Assembly: GCA_023458415.1 (NCBI GenBank)
Contig: JAEWZO010000028.1
Span: 17,315-81,314 of the forward strand
Direction of reading: 5' to 3'
Length of the DNA: 64,000 nucleotides
DNA from: Bacteroidota bacterium
GTDB taxonomy: Bacteria > Bacteroidota > Bacteroidia > Flavobacteriales > Weeksellaceae
The notes beneath the pieces were generated by a model. It made no database searches. It was not told the DNA's origin and was given only the letters and a program-made list of their open reading frames with translations. Position 1 is the stretch's first letter. Each line of letters begins with the position of its first letter. Shown here piece after piece: positions 9,081 through 17,884 of this stretch. The position numbers and the translations under genes were made by a program.

Positions 9081-10463
9081 TTAAATGAAGCTTCTGATTT
9101 TTTCAATCATTCTGTCGCCTAAACTATCGGCTTCTTCCTGACTGTAAGCTTCGGTATAAATGCGGATAATCGGTTCTGTATTGGATTTTCTTAAATGAAC
9201 CCAGTTGTTTTCAAAATCAATTTTAACACCGTCTACCGTGGAAACTTCTTCATTTTGATACTCTTTTTCCATTTTTGTTAAAAGCTGATCAACGTTGATA
9301 TCCGGAGTAAGTTCGATTTTCTTTTTTCCCATAAAATAACTTGGGTATGTCGCACGAAGCTCGGAAACCGTTTTATTTTCTTTTGTGAGATGCGTCAAAA
9401 ACAATGCAACACCAACCAAAGAATCTCTTCCGTAATGAAGATCCGGATAGATAATTCCGCCATTTCCTTCGCCACCGATTACTGCGTTTTTCTCTTTCAT
9501 TAAAGTTACCACATTAACTTCTCCAACGGCGCTCGCAAAATATTCCGAACCGTGCGTTCTTGCTACATCACGCAGTGCACGGCTTGAAGACAAATTGGAA
9601 ATGGCTGCTCCTTTTTTGTTTTTAAGAAGGTAATCTGCCACTGCAACCAAGGTATATTCTTCGCCAAAAAGTTCTCCCTTTTCGTCTACCAAAGCAAGGC
9701 GATCCACATCTGGATCAACCACAATTCCCAAATCTGCTTTCTCTTTTTTCACCAGTTCGCAGATATCTTCAAGATGTTCTTTCAGTGGTTCCGGATTGTG
9801 AGGAAAATGTCCGTTTGGCTCGCAATAAAGCTTAACAACTTCGCAACCCAGTTCTTCCAAAAGCTGCGGAATCGCCACTCCACCTGTGGAATTCACAGCA
9901 TCAACCACAATTTTGTACTTCTTCGTACGGATTGCTTCTGCATCTACAGTTGGTAAATCCAGAATTTTTTTGATGTGAATATCGAATGCGTCATCTCTTG
10001 TTTCATACTTTCCCAAATCGTCAACTTCAGCATAATTGAAATCTTCACTTTCTGCTAAAGCCAGAACTTCTGCTCCGTTCTCACCGTTGATAAATTCGCC
10101 TTTTTCATTAAGAAGTTTAAGAGCGTTCCATTGTTTAGGATTGTGTGATGCAGTCAAAATAATTCCGCCATCAGCATTCAGTTCAGGAACCATCACTTCT
10201 ACGGTTGGTGTTGTAGAAAGTCCCAAATCGATTACGTTGATGCCCAATCCCTGCAGCGTCGCAGTAACCAGAGAATTCACCATCGAACCTGAGATTCGCG
10301 CATCACGCCCGATGACCAAAGTAAGATCTTTTCTGTTTTTATTGTTCTGAAGCCAGGTTCCGAAAGCAGAAGCAAATTTTACAATATCAAGCGGAGTAAG
10401 GTTTTCGTCCACTTTTCCACCGATGGTTCCGCGAATTCCGGAAATACTTTTTATTAATGACAT
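9081..10463 (-). CDS. glmM: Phosphoglucosamine mutase (alpha-D-phosphohexomutase family)
   Basis: 460 aa with the active-site loop TASHNPKQWNALK, the Mg site VDPDVDR and the sugar loop GGEGNGG. Confidence 0.85.
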   Translation of the reverse strand: MSLIKSISGIRGTIGGKVDENLTPLDIVKFASAFGTWLQNNKNRKDLTLVIGRDARISGSMVNSLVTATLQGLGINVIDLGLSTTPTVEVMVPELNADGGIILTASHNPKQWNALKLLNEKGEFINGENGAEVLALAESEDFNYAEVDDLGKYETRDDAFDIHIKKILDLPTVDAEAIRTKKYKIVVDAVNSTGGVAIPQLLEELGCEVVKLYCEPNGHFPHNPEPLKEHLEDICELVKKEKADLGIVVDPDVDRLALVDEKGELFGEEYTLVAVADYLLKNKKGAAISNLSSSRALRDVARTHGSEYFASAVGEVNVVTLMKEKNAVIGGEGNGGIIYPDLHYGRDSLVGVALFLTHLTKENKTVSELRATYPSYFMGKKKIELTPDINVDQLLTKMEKEYQNEEVSTVDGVKIDFENNWVHLRKSNTEPIIRIYTEAYSQEEADSLGDRMIEKIRSFI

Positions 10464-10500
10464 TATTTAATGTATTTGATTATCAATAAATTACAACAAA

Positions 10501-10523
10501 GAAAAGCCGAAATAAATTTCAGC
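10501..10523 (-). terminator. Probable terminator of the feoAB operon
   Basis: The minus-strand RNA GCUGAAA-UUUA-UUUCGGC forms 7 bp including one G-U pair, followed by UUUUCUUUG. It lies ~60 nt downstream of the small feo-associated ORF. Confidence 0.4.
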
Positions 10524-10581
10524 AAATTCTTCTGGTGCAAAATTACGAATAATGAATTTAAATTTGATTTTCTACCAAGGT

Positions 10582-10731
10582 TTAAGAGCAGCCACAATCG
10601 CTGTTGCAACCGGGACTTTTGCTTTTAAATTTGTTGGGCGCAAATTTTTTGCGGATCATCGAAAAAAGATAATAACCTGCACCTAAAACAATTACTGCAA
10701 TTATGACATACTGAACTACTAAAGAATCCAT
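10582..10731 (-). CDS. FeoB-associated Cys-rich small membrane protein (49 aa)
   Basis: Hand translation gives MDSLVVQYVIIAVIVLGAGYYLFSMIRKKFAPNKFKSKSPGCNSDCGCS. That is one TM helix, a basic stretch and a C-terminal CxxxCxC, starting 7 nt after the feoB stop. It is absent from the ORF track because it is under 60 aa. Confidence 0.75.
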   Translation of the reverse strand: MDSLVVQYVIIAVIVLGAGYYLFSMIRKKFAPNKFKSKSPGCNSDCGCS

Positions 10732-10737
10732 CCTGAA

Positions 10738-12777
10738 TTATTTTAAGAACTGATATACAATTAATGCTGCAAAATAGGCCAAGACAGACATTCCTATTAC
10801 CTGAACCGCAGTCCATTTTATAGATTTTGTTTCGCGGTAAACCACTGCTAAAGTTGCCACACACTGCATCGCAAGAGCATAAAATACCAATATCGAAACT
10901 CCAGTTGCCAAACTGAAAACTTTCTCTCCATTTGGCTTCACATCGTTGCGCATTTTCTCAATTACTTTGCCTTCCGGAGCTTCGTCGTCGAGTGAGTACA
11001 GCGTAGACATTGTTCCTACGAAAACTTCACGTGCGATAAAGCTGGTCATAATTCCTACTCCCATTTTCCAGTCGTATCCAAGAGGTTCAATAACCGGCTC
11101 AATAGTTTTTCCCATTTTGGCGAGATAAGAATTTTCAAGAGGAACATCTGTAGCAACAACTTGGCCTGGCTGCTCTTTTGGCCCGATATAGCTGAAGAAC
11201 CAAATAATGATACTGATAACGAAAATAATCTTACCGGCGCCGGTAATAAATTCCCAAACTTTCTGCAGAGTCAGCTTAAAATCATAACCGAACAGTGGCA
11301 TTTTGTATGAAGGCAAATCCATCACCAGGAAAGATTTACTGTTACTTTTAATCACTTTTTTCAGTACAAAAGCCGAAAGTAGCGCCATAACAAAACCCAG
11401 AATGTACATCGCCAATAAAGCGAGTGCTTTATAACTGATTCCTCCAAAATATTCATCCGGAATAATCAGACCAATAATAATACTGTACACCGGCAAACGC
11501 GCCGCGCAGGTCATGAAAGGAGTTACGAGAATCGTGATTAGTCTTTCTTTTACATTTTCAATGTTTCTAGTGGACATTACAGCCGGAATCGCACATGCGG
11601 TACCGGAAACCAGCGGAACAATACTTTTTCCGTTTAAACCGAAAGGACGAAGAAATCTGTCCATCAGGAAAACAACTCTCGCCATGTAGCCGGAATCTTC
11701 CAACAAGTAAAGGAAATATAAAAGAATCCCGATTTGTGGTGCGAAAATTACAATTCCTCCAACTCCTGGGATTACACCGTCCGCAAGCAGCGATGCAACT
11801 GGGCCATCCGGAAGCACACTTCTTGTAAGATTACTGAGCCAAATGAAAAGACTGTCGATCCAGTTCATGGGATACTCGGCGAGCAAAAAGACACTCTGAA
11901 AAATCAACAAAAGAATGAATGCGAAAACCACATAGCCCCAAAATTTATGAACAAAAATTCTGTCCAGTTTTTCTGTGAGCAGTTGTTTGAACTGTGGCTC
12001 TTTGGTAATGACTTTCGAAATAATTTTATCAATACTCTGATAACGCCTGATCGTTTCCTGCGTCTGTAATCTTTTAGGAACCAAGCATTTAACATCCTGA
12101 TGAAGCTGGTCGTTCACCGTATCAATTTTACCAAGATATGTGTCGGAAGAAAGTAAAGTCCAGACTTTATATTCGTTGTTTTCGTGGGTGTTAGATAGAA
12201 TTCTTGAAATGAGACTTTTCTGCTCAAGCGGAATATCGAATGAAACATTTTCTGAAACGGAAAACTCATTTTCGAGTACTACTTTACGGATATCATCGAT
12301 TCCTTTGTTTTCTTTTGCATTGGTTCTTAGAACTTTTACTCCGAGTTCCTGAGAAAGTAAATCAGTATCGATGTGAATTCCACGTTTTTCCGCCTGATCG
12401 ATCTGGTTAATGACCAAAATTACCGGAATTCCTAAATCCTGAATCTGCTGAAAAAGAAGCAAACCGCGTTTTACGCTTAAAGCTTCCATCAGGTAAATTA
12501 CGCCATGGTAACTGTTCTGCTCATCCACCAAATATTTTGTGAAAATTGCCTCGTCTTCAGACGTGGGATAGATACTATAAGAACCCGGCAAGTCGATCAC
12601 CTCAACATTTGCGCCCTGGAAAACATAATTTCCTGAGTGGCTTGCAACCGTTACTCCGGCGTAGTTTCCGGTTTTCTGTTTTTTATTACAAAGCTGATTG
12701 AACACAGTGGATTTCCCCACATTGGGATTCCCTACAAGTAAAACTTTCTTCTGCTGTAATCCTTTTTCCTTCTCCAT
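10738..12777 (-). CDS. feoB: Ferrous iron transporter FeoB
   Basis: 679 aa with an N-terminal G-domain (GNPNVGKST, DLPG, NQID) followed by a polytopic membrane domain. Confidence 0.95.
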   Translation of the reverse strand: MEKEKGLQQKKVLLVGNPNVGKSTVFNQLCNKKQKTGNYAGVTVASHSGNYVFQGANVEVIDLPGSYSIYPTSEDEAIFTKYLVDEQNSYHGVIYLMEALSVKRGLLLFQQIQDLGIPVILVINQIDQAEKRGIHIDTDLLSQELGVKVLRTNAKENKGIDDIRKVVLENEFSVSENVSFDIPLEQKSLISRILSNTHENNEYKVWTLLSSDTYLGKIDTVNDQLHQDVKCLVPKRLQTQETIRRYQSIDKIISKVITKEPQFKQLLTEKLDRIFVHKFWGYVVFAFILLLIFQSVFLLAEYPMNWIDSLFIWLSNLTRSVLPDGPVASLLADGVIPGVGGIVIFAPQIGILLYFLYLLEDSGYMARVVFLMDRFLRPFGLNGKSIVPLVSGTACAIPAVMSTRNIENVKERLITILVTPFMTCAARLPVYSIIIGLIIPDEYFGGISYKALALLAMYILGFVMALLSAFVLKKVIKSNSKSFLVMDLPSYKMPLFGYDFKLTLQKVWEFITGAGKIIFVISIIIWFFSYIGPKEQPGQVVATDVPLENSYLAKMGKTIEPVIEPLGYDWKMGVGIMTSFIAREVFVGTMSTLYSLDDEAPEGKVIEKMRNDVKPNGEKVFSLATGVSILVFYALAMQCVATLAVVYRETKSIKWTAVQVIGMSVLAYFAALIVYQFLK

Positions 12778-12779
12778 TT

Positions 12780-13034
12780 TTAGTTGACTTTTTCTACAAT
12801 GATGAATGCTGCTTCTTCTTCGCGAAGGGCAATTCTGCTTTTTTCTGAACCAAATTCAATATAAAGCGGACCATGAAAAGGCGCCTGATATAGAATTCTG
12901 AAAACTGTTTCCGGAAGCAGCCCCATTTCGAGTATTTTATTCGGCATGTTGAGACGGCTTTCCTTATATCCTAAAATTTTACCGTCGGTACGGCGTGGAA
13001 ACAGGTTCAGTGTGATGGATTCGGTAGTTTTCAA
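12780..13034 (-). CDS. feoA: Ferrous iron transport protein FeoA
   Basis: 84 aa SH3-like FeoA (LEMGLLPETVFRILYQAPFHGPLYIEF...IALREEEAAFIIV), 2 nt upstream of feoB. The apparent start is TTG. Confidence 0.85.
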   Translation of the reverse strand: MKTTESITLNLFPRRTDGKILGYKESRLNMPNKILEMGLLPETVFRILYQAPFHGPLYIEFGSEKSRIALREEEAAFIIVEKVN

Positions 13035-13051
13035 AACGGAAACATTTTCCG

Positions 13052-13059
13052 CAAATATA
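13052..13059 (-). promoter_or_regulatory. -7 element (TATATTTG on the minus strand) for feoAB
   Basis: Exact TAnnTTTG match 17 nt upstream of the feoA TTG start. Confidence 0.4.
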
Positions 13060-13105
13060 CGTTATTTAAAATTAATCTAAATAACGCCGTCCGCTGAATT
13101 AAATC

Positions 13106-13138
13106 ATAAAACCCGGAAGCAAATACTCCCGGGTTTTA
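13106..13138 (-). terminator. Terminator after the OMP/GLPGLI cluster
   Basis: AAAACCCGG pairs with CCGGGTTTT across an 11-nt loop, followed by Us on the minus strand, 30 nt downstream of the stop at 13168. It separates that cluster from feoAB. Confidence 0.6.
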
Positions 13139-13167
13139 ATCACAATTTAGTTAATATGAAATGTTTG

Positions 13168-14055
13168 TTATTTTTTAGCCGCTGTTTCTATCTCGATTGG
13201 GTTATTGTTGGCGTCGTAAAAATCCTTCAGCATTTTTTCCTGCTGTTTTACCATATCTCCGATGGTTTGATCGCTTCCAGGCATTTTTTGTGAAAGAACC
13301 TGCGACGTTAAATGCGGTCTTGCCGTTGCAAAAGGATCTTTTTTGAAATCGTTGAAGGTTTTATTGAATTTATCTCTGGAAACAACCAGCGGTTTTCCGC
13401 CATCTCCTCCCGGAGCAATTGTTTCAGCATATGTAAGCTCATTAAAGTTAGGAACTTTTTTGTTTCCTTTCAGCTCCCAGGTATAGTTTTTCCCGTCATC
13501 TTCCACTTTAACAATAAGTCCCGGAAGACCGTGGAATTTGTACGGACCGTCCTGCAGAGGAATATCGTTGGAGAACCAGGCTGTCCATTTTCTGCCGCCA
13601 AATTCTGTGGTTGCTTTCTGCGTATTGTATTCGCCAATTTTTTCTTTTCCGTTCTGAATTTTCCAGTTGAAAGTTGGCGTTTCTTCGTATGAAATGTTCA
13701 TTGGGGTAAATCCATTGGCAATTCTTTCGATGTACTGCACTTTCATGTCCGGATAAATTTTGTAAATCTTTTCAGAAAATTTTGGCATTTTCATCGATTT
13801 AGACATGTCTTTGTATACTCCCGATTTCTGCATTGCTTCAATCTGTACTTTCATAAGAGAATCCTGCGCCACCATTGTATAATCTCTGTAAATGGATTTT
13901 TCTTTGGTAACGTCCAAAATCATCATCACTTTTTCTGTGGTTTCAGCTTCTTTCTTTGGTTTAAAGGTAAGCTCATAGAAAAAACGGTTAGCGGTTTCCT
14001 GTGCACTGACTGAAAAGAAAACCATCAGCAAAAACAGTATCGAAAATTTTTTCAT
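13168..14055 (-). CDS. GLPGLI family protein (paralogue 1)
   Basis: 295 aa with a signal peptide and the family-defining block KATTEFGGRKWTAWF...QDGPYKFHGLPGLIVKVED. Confidence 0.85.
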   Translation of the reverse strand: MKKFSILFLLMVFFSVSAQETANRFFYELTFKPKKEAETTEKVMMILDVTKEKSIYRDYTMVAQDSLMKVQIEAMQKSGVYKDMSKSMKMPKFSEKIYKIYPDMKVQYIERIANGFTPMNISYEETPTFNWKIQNGKEKIGEYNTQKATTEFGGRKWTAWFSNDIPLQDGPYKFHGLPGLIVKVEDDGKNYTWELKGNKKVPNFNELTYAETIAPGGDGGKPLVVSRDKFNKTFNDFKKDPFATARPHLTSQVLSQKMPGSDQTIGDMVKQQEKMLKDFYDANNNPIEIETAAKK

Positions 14056-14104
14056 AATATTAAGATGTTTGGTAATTAGTAATAAACTTCAACTTTTTGT
14101 TACA

Positions 14105-15001
14105 CTACCTGTAAAGATCAGGTTCAATTCTGTTGTTATTGGCTTTTGCATTTTCTTTTACGCGTTTCTCCATATTACGGTAAATCTCATTCATCTCTGA
14201 AAGTTCTCTTCCGTCGGAAGTTTTCATTTTGATCACAACTTTAGAATCCGCGGAGTTTTTCATCATCAGTTCACGGATATTTTTTGCAGGATCCCGCAGA
14301 TAATCACTCCAAAGTTTCTTAAACTGCTCTTCATTTACCGCAATGCTTTTTCCGTCGATACCAGAACTTTGTGCCCTGCTCGGTAAAGTGAAATCTGTGG
14401 AAAAAGTATTTGCAATACTTTTATTCCCGACTAAACTCATGATATGGGACAAAGTAGAATCTTCGACCTTTACAATTAAGCCTGGTAAACCGTAAAATTT
14501 GTAAGGTCCATCCTGAAAAGGCAAAGCTGCTGCAAACCAAGCCGTCCAGCTTCTTCCACCAAAATCGGTCGTTGCTTTCTGCGCTTTGTAAGCACCGATT
14601 TGCTGAGTTTCGGGAAGAATTTTCCACTGCGGAACCTCCGACTCTTCGATTTTGTAATTATCCATCGAAATTCTTTCAAGCAGAAAAACTTCAAAATCAG
14701 GGTAAACCTTTTCAACGCTGTAATTCACCTGCGCCTCTTTATGACTTCTGTTGATGTTGATGTTATTTGAACCGGCAGCAATTTGTCTGTCCACATCGGC
14801 TTTTACAAGGGAATCTGCAACAAATTTTTCGTGGCTGAAATATTTCGATCCTTCTTTGCTGATGTCCAACAGCATCATTTCTGTTTTTACTTCATCACGT
14901 TTTGTAGAATCCGGGATGAATTTGTATTCATAAATGAAACGGTTCACCTGCGCCGATGGAAGAAAGCTGACGAAAACCAGCAAAAGCAAGAATTTTTTCA
15001 T
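14105..15001 (-). CDS. GLPGLI family protein (paralogue 2)
   Basis: 298 aa with a signal peptide and KATTDFGGRSWTAWF...QDGPYKFYGLPGLIVKVED. It is collinear with paralogue 1 but clearly diverged from it. Confidence 0.85.
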   Translation of the reverse strand: MKKFLLLLVFVSFLPSAQVNRFIYEYKFIPDSTKRDEVKTEMMLLDISKEGSKYFSHEKFVADSLVKADVDRQIAAGSNNININRSHKEAQVNYSVEKVYPDFEVFLLERISMDNYKIEESEVPQWKILPETQQIGAYKAQKATTDFGGRSWTAWFAAALPFQDGPYKFYGLPGLIVKVEDSTLSHIMSLVGNKSIANTFSTDFTLPSRAQSSGIDGKSIAVNEEQFKKLWSDYLRDPAKNIRELMMKNSADSKVVIKMKTSDGRELSEMNEIYRNMEKRVKENAKANNNRIEPDLYR

Positions 15002-15014
15002 TTTTCTAAGTTAA

Positions 15015-17741
15015 TTATTTAAAATTGAACTTTACGGTAAACATCACCTGGCTCGGACGAATATACATTGTACGTTTTGAAGTCTGTAAAAACTCCGGAA
15101 AATAACTGATGTCCTCATACGCTTTTCTGTTCGCAATGTTGAGCCATTTTACCTCGAAATCAATTTTCTTTTTTGCCCAAGTGTATTGGTAAGAAAGGTC
15201 GTAGAATGAGTTTCTGAACTTCTCTCCTGCTGCTTCAGAATTCAGTTCATCCCAGAAAAATCCAATGGTGTGGTTTTCGAACGGATAAAGATAGGCAGCA
15301 AGATTGTGGCTCCATCCCGAAGTTTTTTGGGAGAAATTCATCGATTCGTTAATGTTGTTCGCCCAGTTTATCGAAATGTTGTAATCTACACTCATCCATG
15401 AAAAGTAGGTGTTGTTGAACTTAAGTCCGAAATTCTGTCTCTCCAGTTTTGTTCTTTGCAGCGTATTGAAATAGCTGTATCCGTTGGAATTGGTGTTGCT
15501 GAAGTTGACAGAAGCATTGGTTTTAAACTTCGGGAAATATTTACCAACTTCCGCGCTTTGTGTTCTTGAAATGATGGTATTCTGAACCGCTTCCAGCTCC
15601 AGCTGCGAACTGAATCCGAAACCTGTATATTTTTCAATTATATTTCTTTTGTTGGTGTTGTAACCGAAACGAACGTTGAAGAAAAGGTTGTTCAGTGGGT
15701 TTCTGTATTCAATTCTGGAACCGATATTTCTGGATCTGTATTCCGGCATTAACGGATTCTGGTTATCGTAGCGCAGTGTTAACCCGAGTGGAGAAGTGAG
15801 CATTCTACCGCCGTAAAGAAAGCCAAAACTTCCAAAATCATAACTTTGGTTTGCGAAAACCCACCATTTGAAGAAAGACGCAAAATCCAGTGAGGCGAAA
15901 ACACTTGGTTCGAAAACCATTTTATTTCGGTCAAGATATTGGTTGCGGAGAAAATCACGATAAGTAATTCCGTAGAAATTCATTGGTAAATTGGCGTGAA
16001 CATTCAAACGGTTCGACTTATAGTTAATTCCCAACTGTGTATACGGCTGCATTTCATTCCACTCTACATCATTCTGATAATCAATTCCGTAACTTGAAGT
16101 AGAATTTCCGTTAATTCCAAAAAGATTGGATTGCAGATTGTTGAAACTCATATTAAGCCCGACTTCAGGATTGAAGGTGAATTTCTTATACGACAAACCT
16201 AAAGAAACCGAATGATTAGCGATAAAAGTCTTGGATTTTGCCCACTGTCTGGAAACATCAAACCCTTCAGCTTCCGGAAAAGTTGCGCCCATATTTAGGT
16301 AAGACGACGGATGGATGTTCAGGTTTTGCTCGTCGTTTTGGTAGCTCAAATAACTCATTACGTTGAACAGTTTTTCCTTCCAAGGGACAATGGTACTGAG
16401 TGAATTTTGAAACATTACCGACGGCGAACTCAGATTTTGGGAAGAAGAAAAATCTATCTGATCAAAATTTCCTCCAATGGTTGGTCTTAATGAATTTCTG
16501 TTGGCGAGTGCGTTACTTTCGTTCCAGAAACCGTTCCATGTTGTAGTGTTTTTGAAGAAACCCTTTTTTGCATTTTTGGTAAAAATGAGTTCTCCTTTAG
16601 CTGCATTGGTATAGAAATTATTATCTGTAAAAGATGTTAAAACACCTCCCACAGGAAGTTTTGGCGAGCCAACTTCATAAATTTCAAAACGGGTATCGCG
16701 ACGCTCAACACTGTTGTTGGTATAACTTGAACTGGCTTTCAGTTCCCATTCTTTATTTTTAAACGGATTGGTTAAAAGGTTGGCCGAGAAATAATGTACG
16801 TTGTTAAGAAGATATCTTTTCTCAGGGACATTGGGAACACTTGCGGTTTCCAGGTTGGTCCAGTTTCGCTGCGATGCCTGTCTGCGGCTTCCTTCCCAGC
16901 GATTTCCCATCCCTAAAAGATTGCCTTCTTTTTCCACACTTTCGCCATTATTATTGGCTTTGTAATTCACCACCCACTGATTTTTCTGCCCGAAAAACAT
17001 TGGTGTAAGCTTTACATTCCACAAAAGAGGATCGAAACCGGCGCCAACTTCACCGCGTCCCGTCATTGTTACCGAATTCTTTAGTTTTACGTTAAGCGCA
17101 GCTTGCTGGCTTGGAACTTTGTCCTGCAGAATTTTAACCGGTTGATGGTTTTCCATCACCTCAACTTTTTGGATGGCATCTGTAGGAAGTGAATTGTTTA
17201 TCGTTCCGTATCCGCCTTCCATAAGGTCTTTACCGTTTACATAAAATTTGTTGATAGGTTCTCCCTGATAAAGAACAGAGCCATCCGGATTCACATCAAT
17301 ACCCGGAATTTTTTTCAGAACATCAGCAAGAGTACGGTCGGCTTTCGATTCAAAAGCTTTTATATCGTAAGAAATTGTATCGCCTCGTTTAGTGATTAAT
17401 CTAGTTTTCAGTTTTACCTCCTGAATTTCAGTTGCGTCGGGCTGAAGTGTGAAATTCACATTTTGGGTTTCATTCTTGATGTTTCTTTGCAATGCTTTAT
17501 GATTGAATGCTTTAATCTTAATATCAAGATTCGATTCGGAAGAAGTAAAGGTTACTTTATATTCACCTTTGGAATTGGTGATCGAGTAAGCAATAATCGC
17601 ATCCTGTCCCGGTTCTTCTACGGTTACACTTGCGCTTGGAACCGGCTGTCCGTCGATATCAATCACTTTTCCTGACAGTGTTTGCTGTGCGTAAGAAAAA
17701 ACAGCGACCAATAAAGTGAGTAAAGCGATTATTTTTTTCAT
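15015..17741 (-). CDS. Outer-membrane beta-barrel, TonB-dependent-receptor-like with CarboxypepD_reg-like N-terminal domain
   Basis: 908 aa with a signal peptide, then LSGKVIDIDGQPVPSASVTV (carboxypeptidase-regulatory fold) and a plug-like segment (DVLKKIPGIDVNPDG...VEVMENHQP). A long Y/N/S-rich beta-strand region ends in an aromatic residue (KFNFK). Confidence 0.8.
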   Translation of the reverse strand: MKKIIALLTLLVAVFSYAQQTLSGKVIDIDGQPVPSASVTVEEPGQDAIIAYSITNSKGEYKVTFTSSESNLDIKIKAFNHKALQRNIKNETQNVNFTLQPDATEIQEVKLKTRLITKRGDTISYDIKAFESKADRTLADVLKKIPGIDVNPDGSVLYQGEPINKFYVNGKDLMEGGYGTINNSLPTDAIQKVEVMENHQPVKILQDKVPSQQAALNVKLKNSVTMTGRGEVGAGFDPLLWNVKLTPMFFGQKNQWVVNYKANNNGESVEKEGNLLGMGNRWEGSRRQASQRNWTNLETASVPNVPEKRYLLNNVHYFSANLLTNPFKNKEWELKASSSYTNNSVERRDTRFEIYEVGSPKLPVGGVLTSFTDNNFYTNAAKGELIFTKNAKKGFFKNTTTWNGFWNESNALANRNSLRPTIGGNFDQIDFSSSQNLSSPSVMFQNSLSTIVPWKEKLFNVMSYLSYQNDEQNLNIHPSSYLNMGATFPEAEGFDVSRQWAKSKTFIANHSVSLGLSYKKFTFNPEVGLNMSFNNLQSNLFGINGNSTSSYGIDYQNDVEWNEMQPYTQLGINYKSNRLNVHANLPMNFYGITYRDFLRNQYLDRNKMVFEPSVFASLDFASFFKWWVFANQSYDFGSFGFLYGGRMLTSPLGLTLRYDNQNPLMPEYRSRNIGSRIEYRNPLNNLFFNVRFGYNTNKRNIIEKYTGFGFSSQLELEAVQNTIISRTQSAEVGKYFPKFKTNASVNFSNTNSNGYSYFNTLQRTKLERQNFGLKFNNTYFSWMSVDYNISINWANNINESMNFSQKTSGWSHNLAAYLYPFENHTIGFFWDELNSEAAGEKFRNSFYDLSYQYTWAKKKIDFEVKWLNIANRKAYEDISYFPEFLQTSKRTMYIRPSQVMFTVKFNFK

Positions 17742-17859
17742 AAAGGATTTTAAGTTATTAGTATTACTTGATAAAATTTTGTTACAGCAATACGCTCACA
17801 GCCATTTCAAAAGATAAAGGTATTTTAATTTGGTTCTATAATTGAATTGAAATAATAAG

Positions 17860-17867
17860 TAATTTTG
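17860..17867 (+). promoter_or_regulatory. -7 element (TAATTTTG)
   Basis: Exact TAnnTTTG match 17 nt upstream of the ATG at 17885. Confidence 0.45.
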
Positions 17868-17884
17868 CACATAATTTTTTTGAA

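Noticed and set aside
10538-10545. TAATTTTG motif on the minus strand, considered as a glmM promoter.
   Set aside because: It lies upstream of the terminator-like hairpin at 10501-10523. Transcripts starting there would meet that hairpin before reaching glmM, so the assignment is too uncertain to list.
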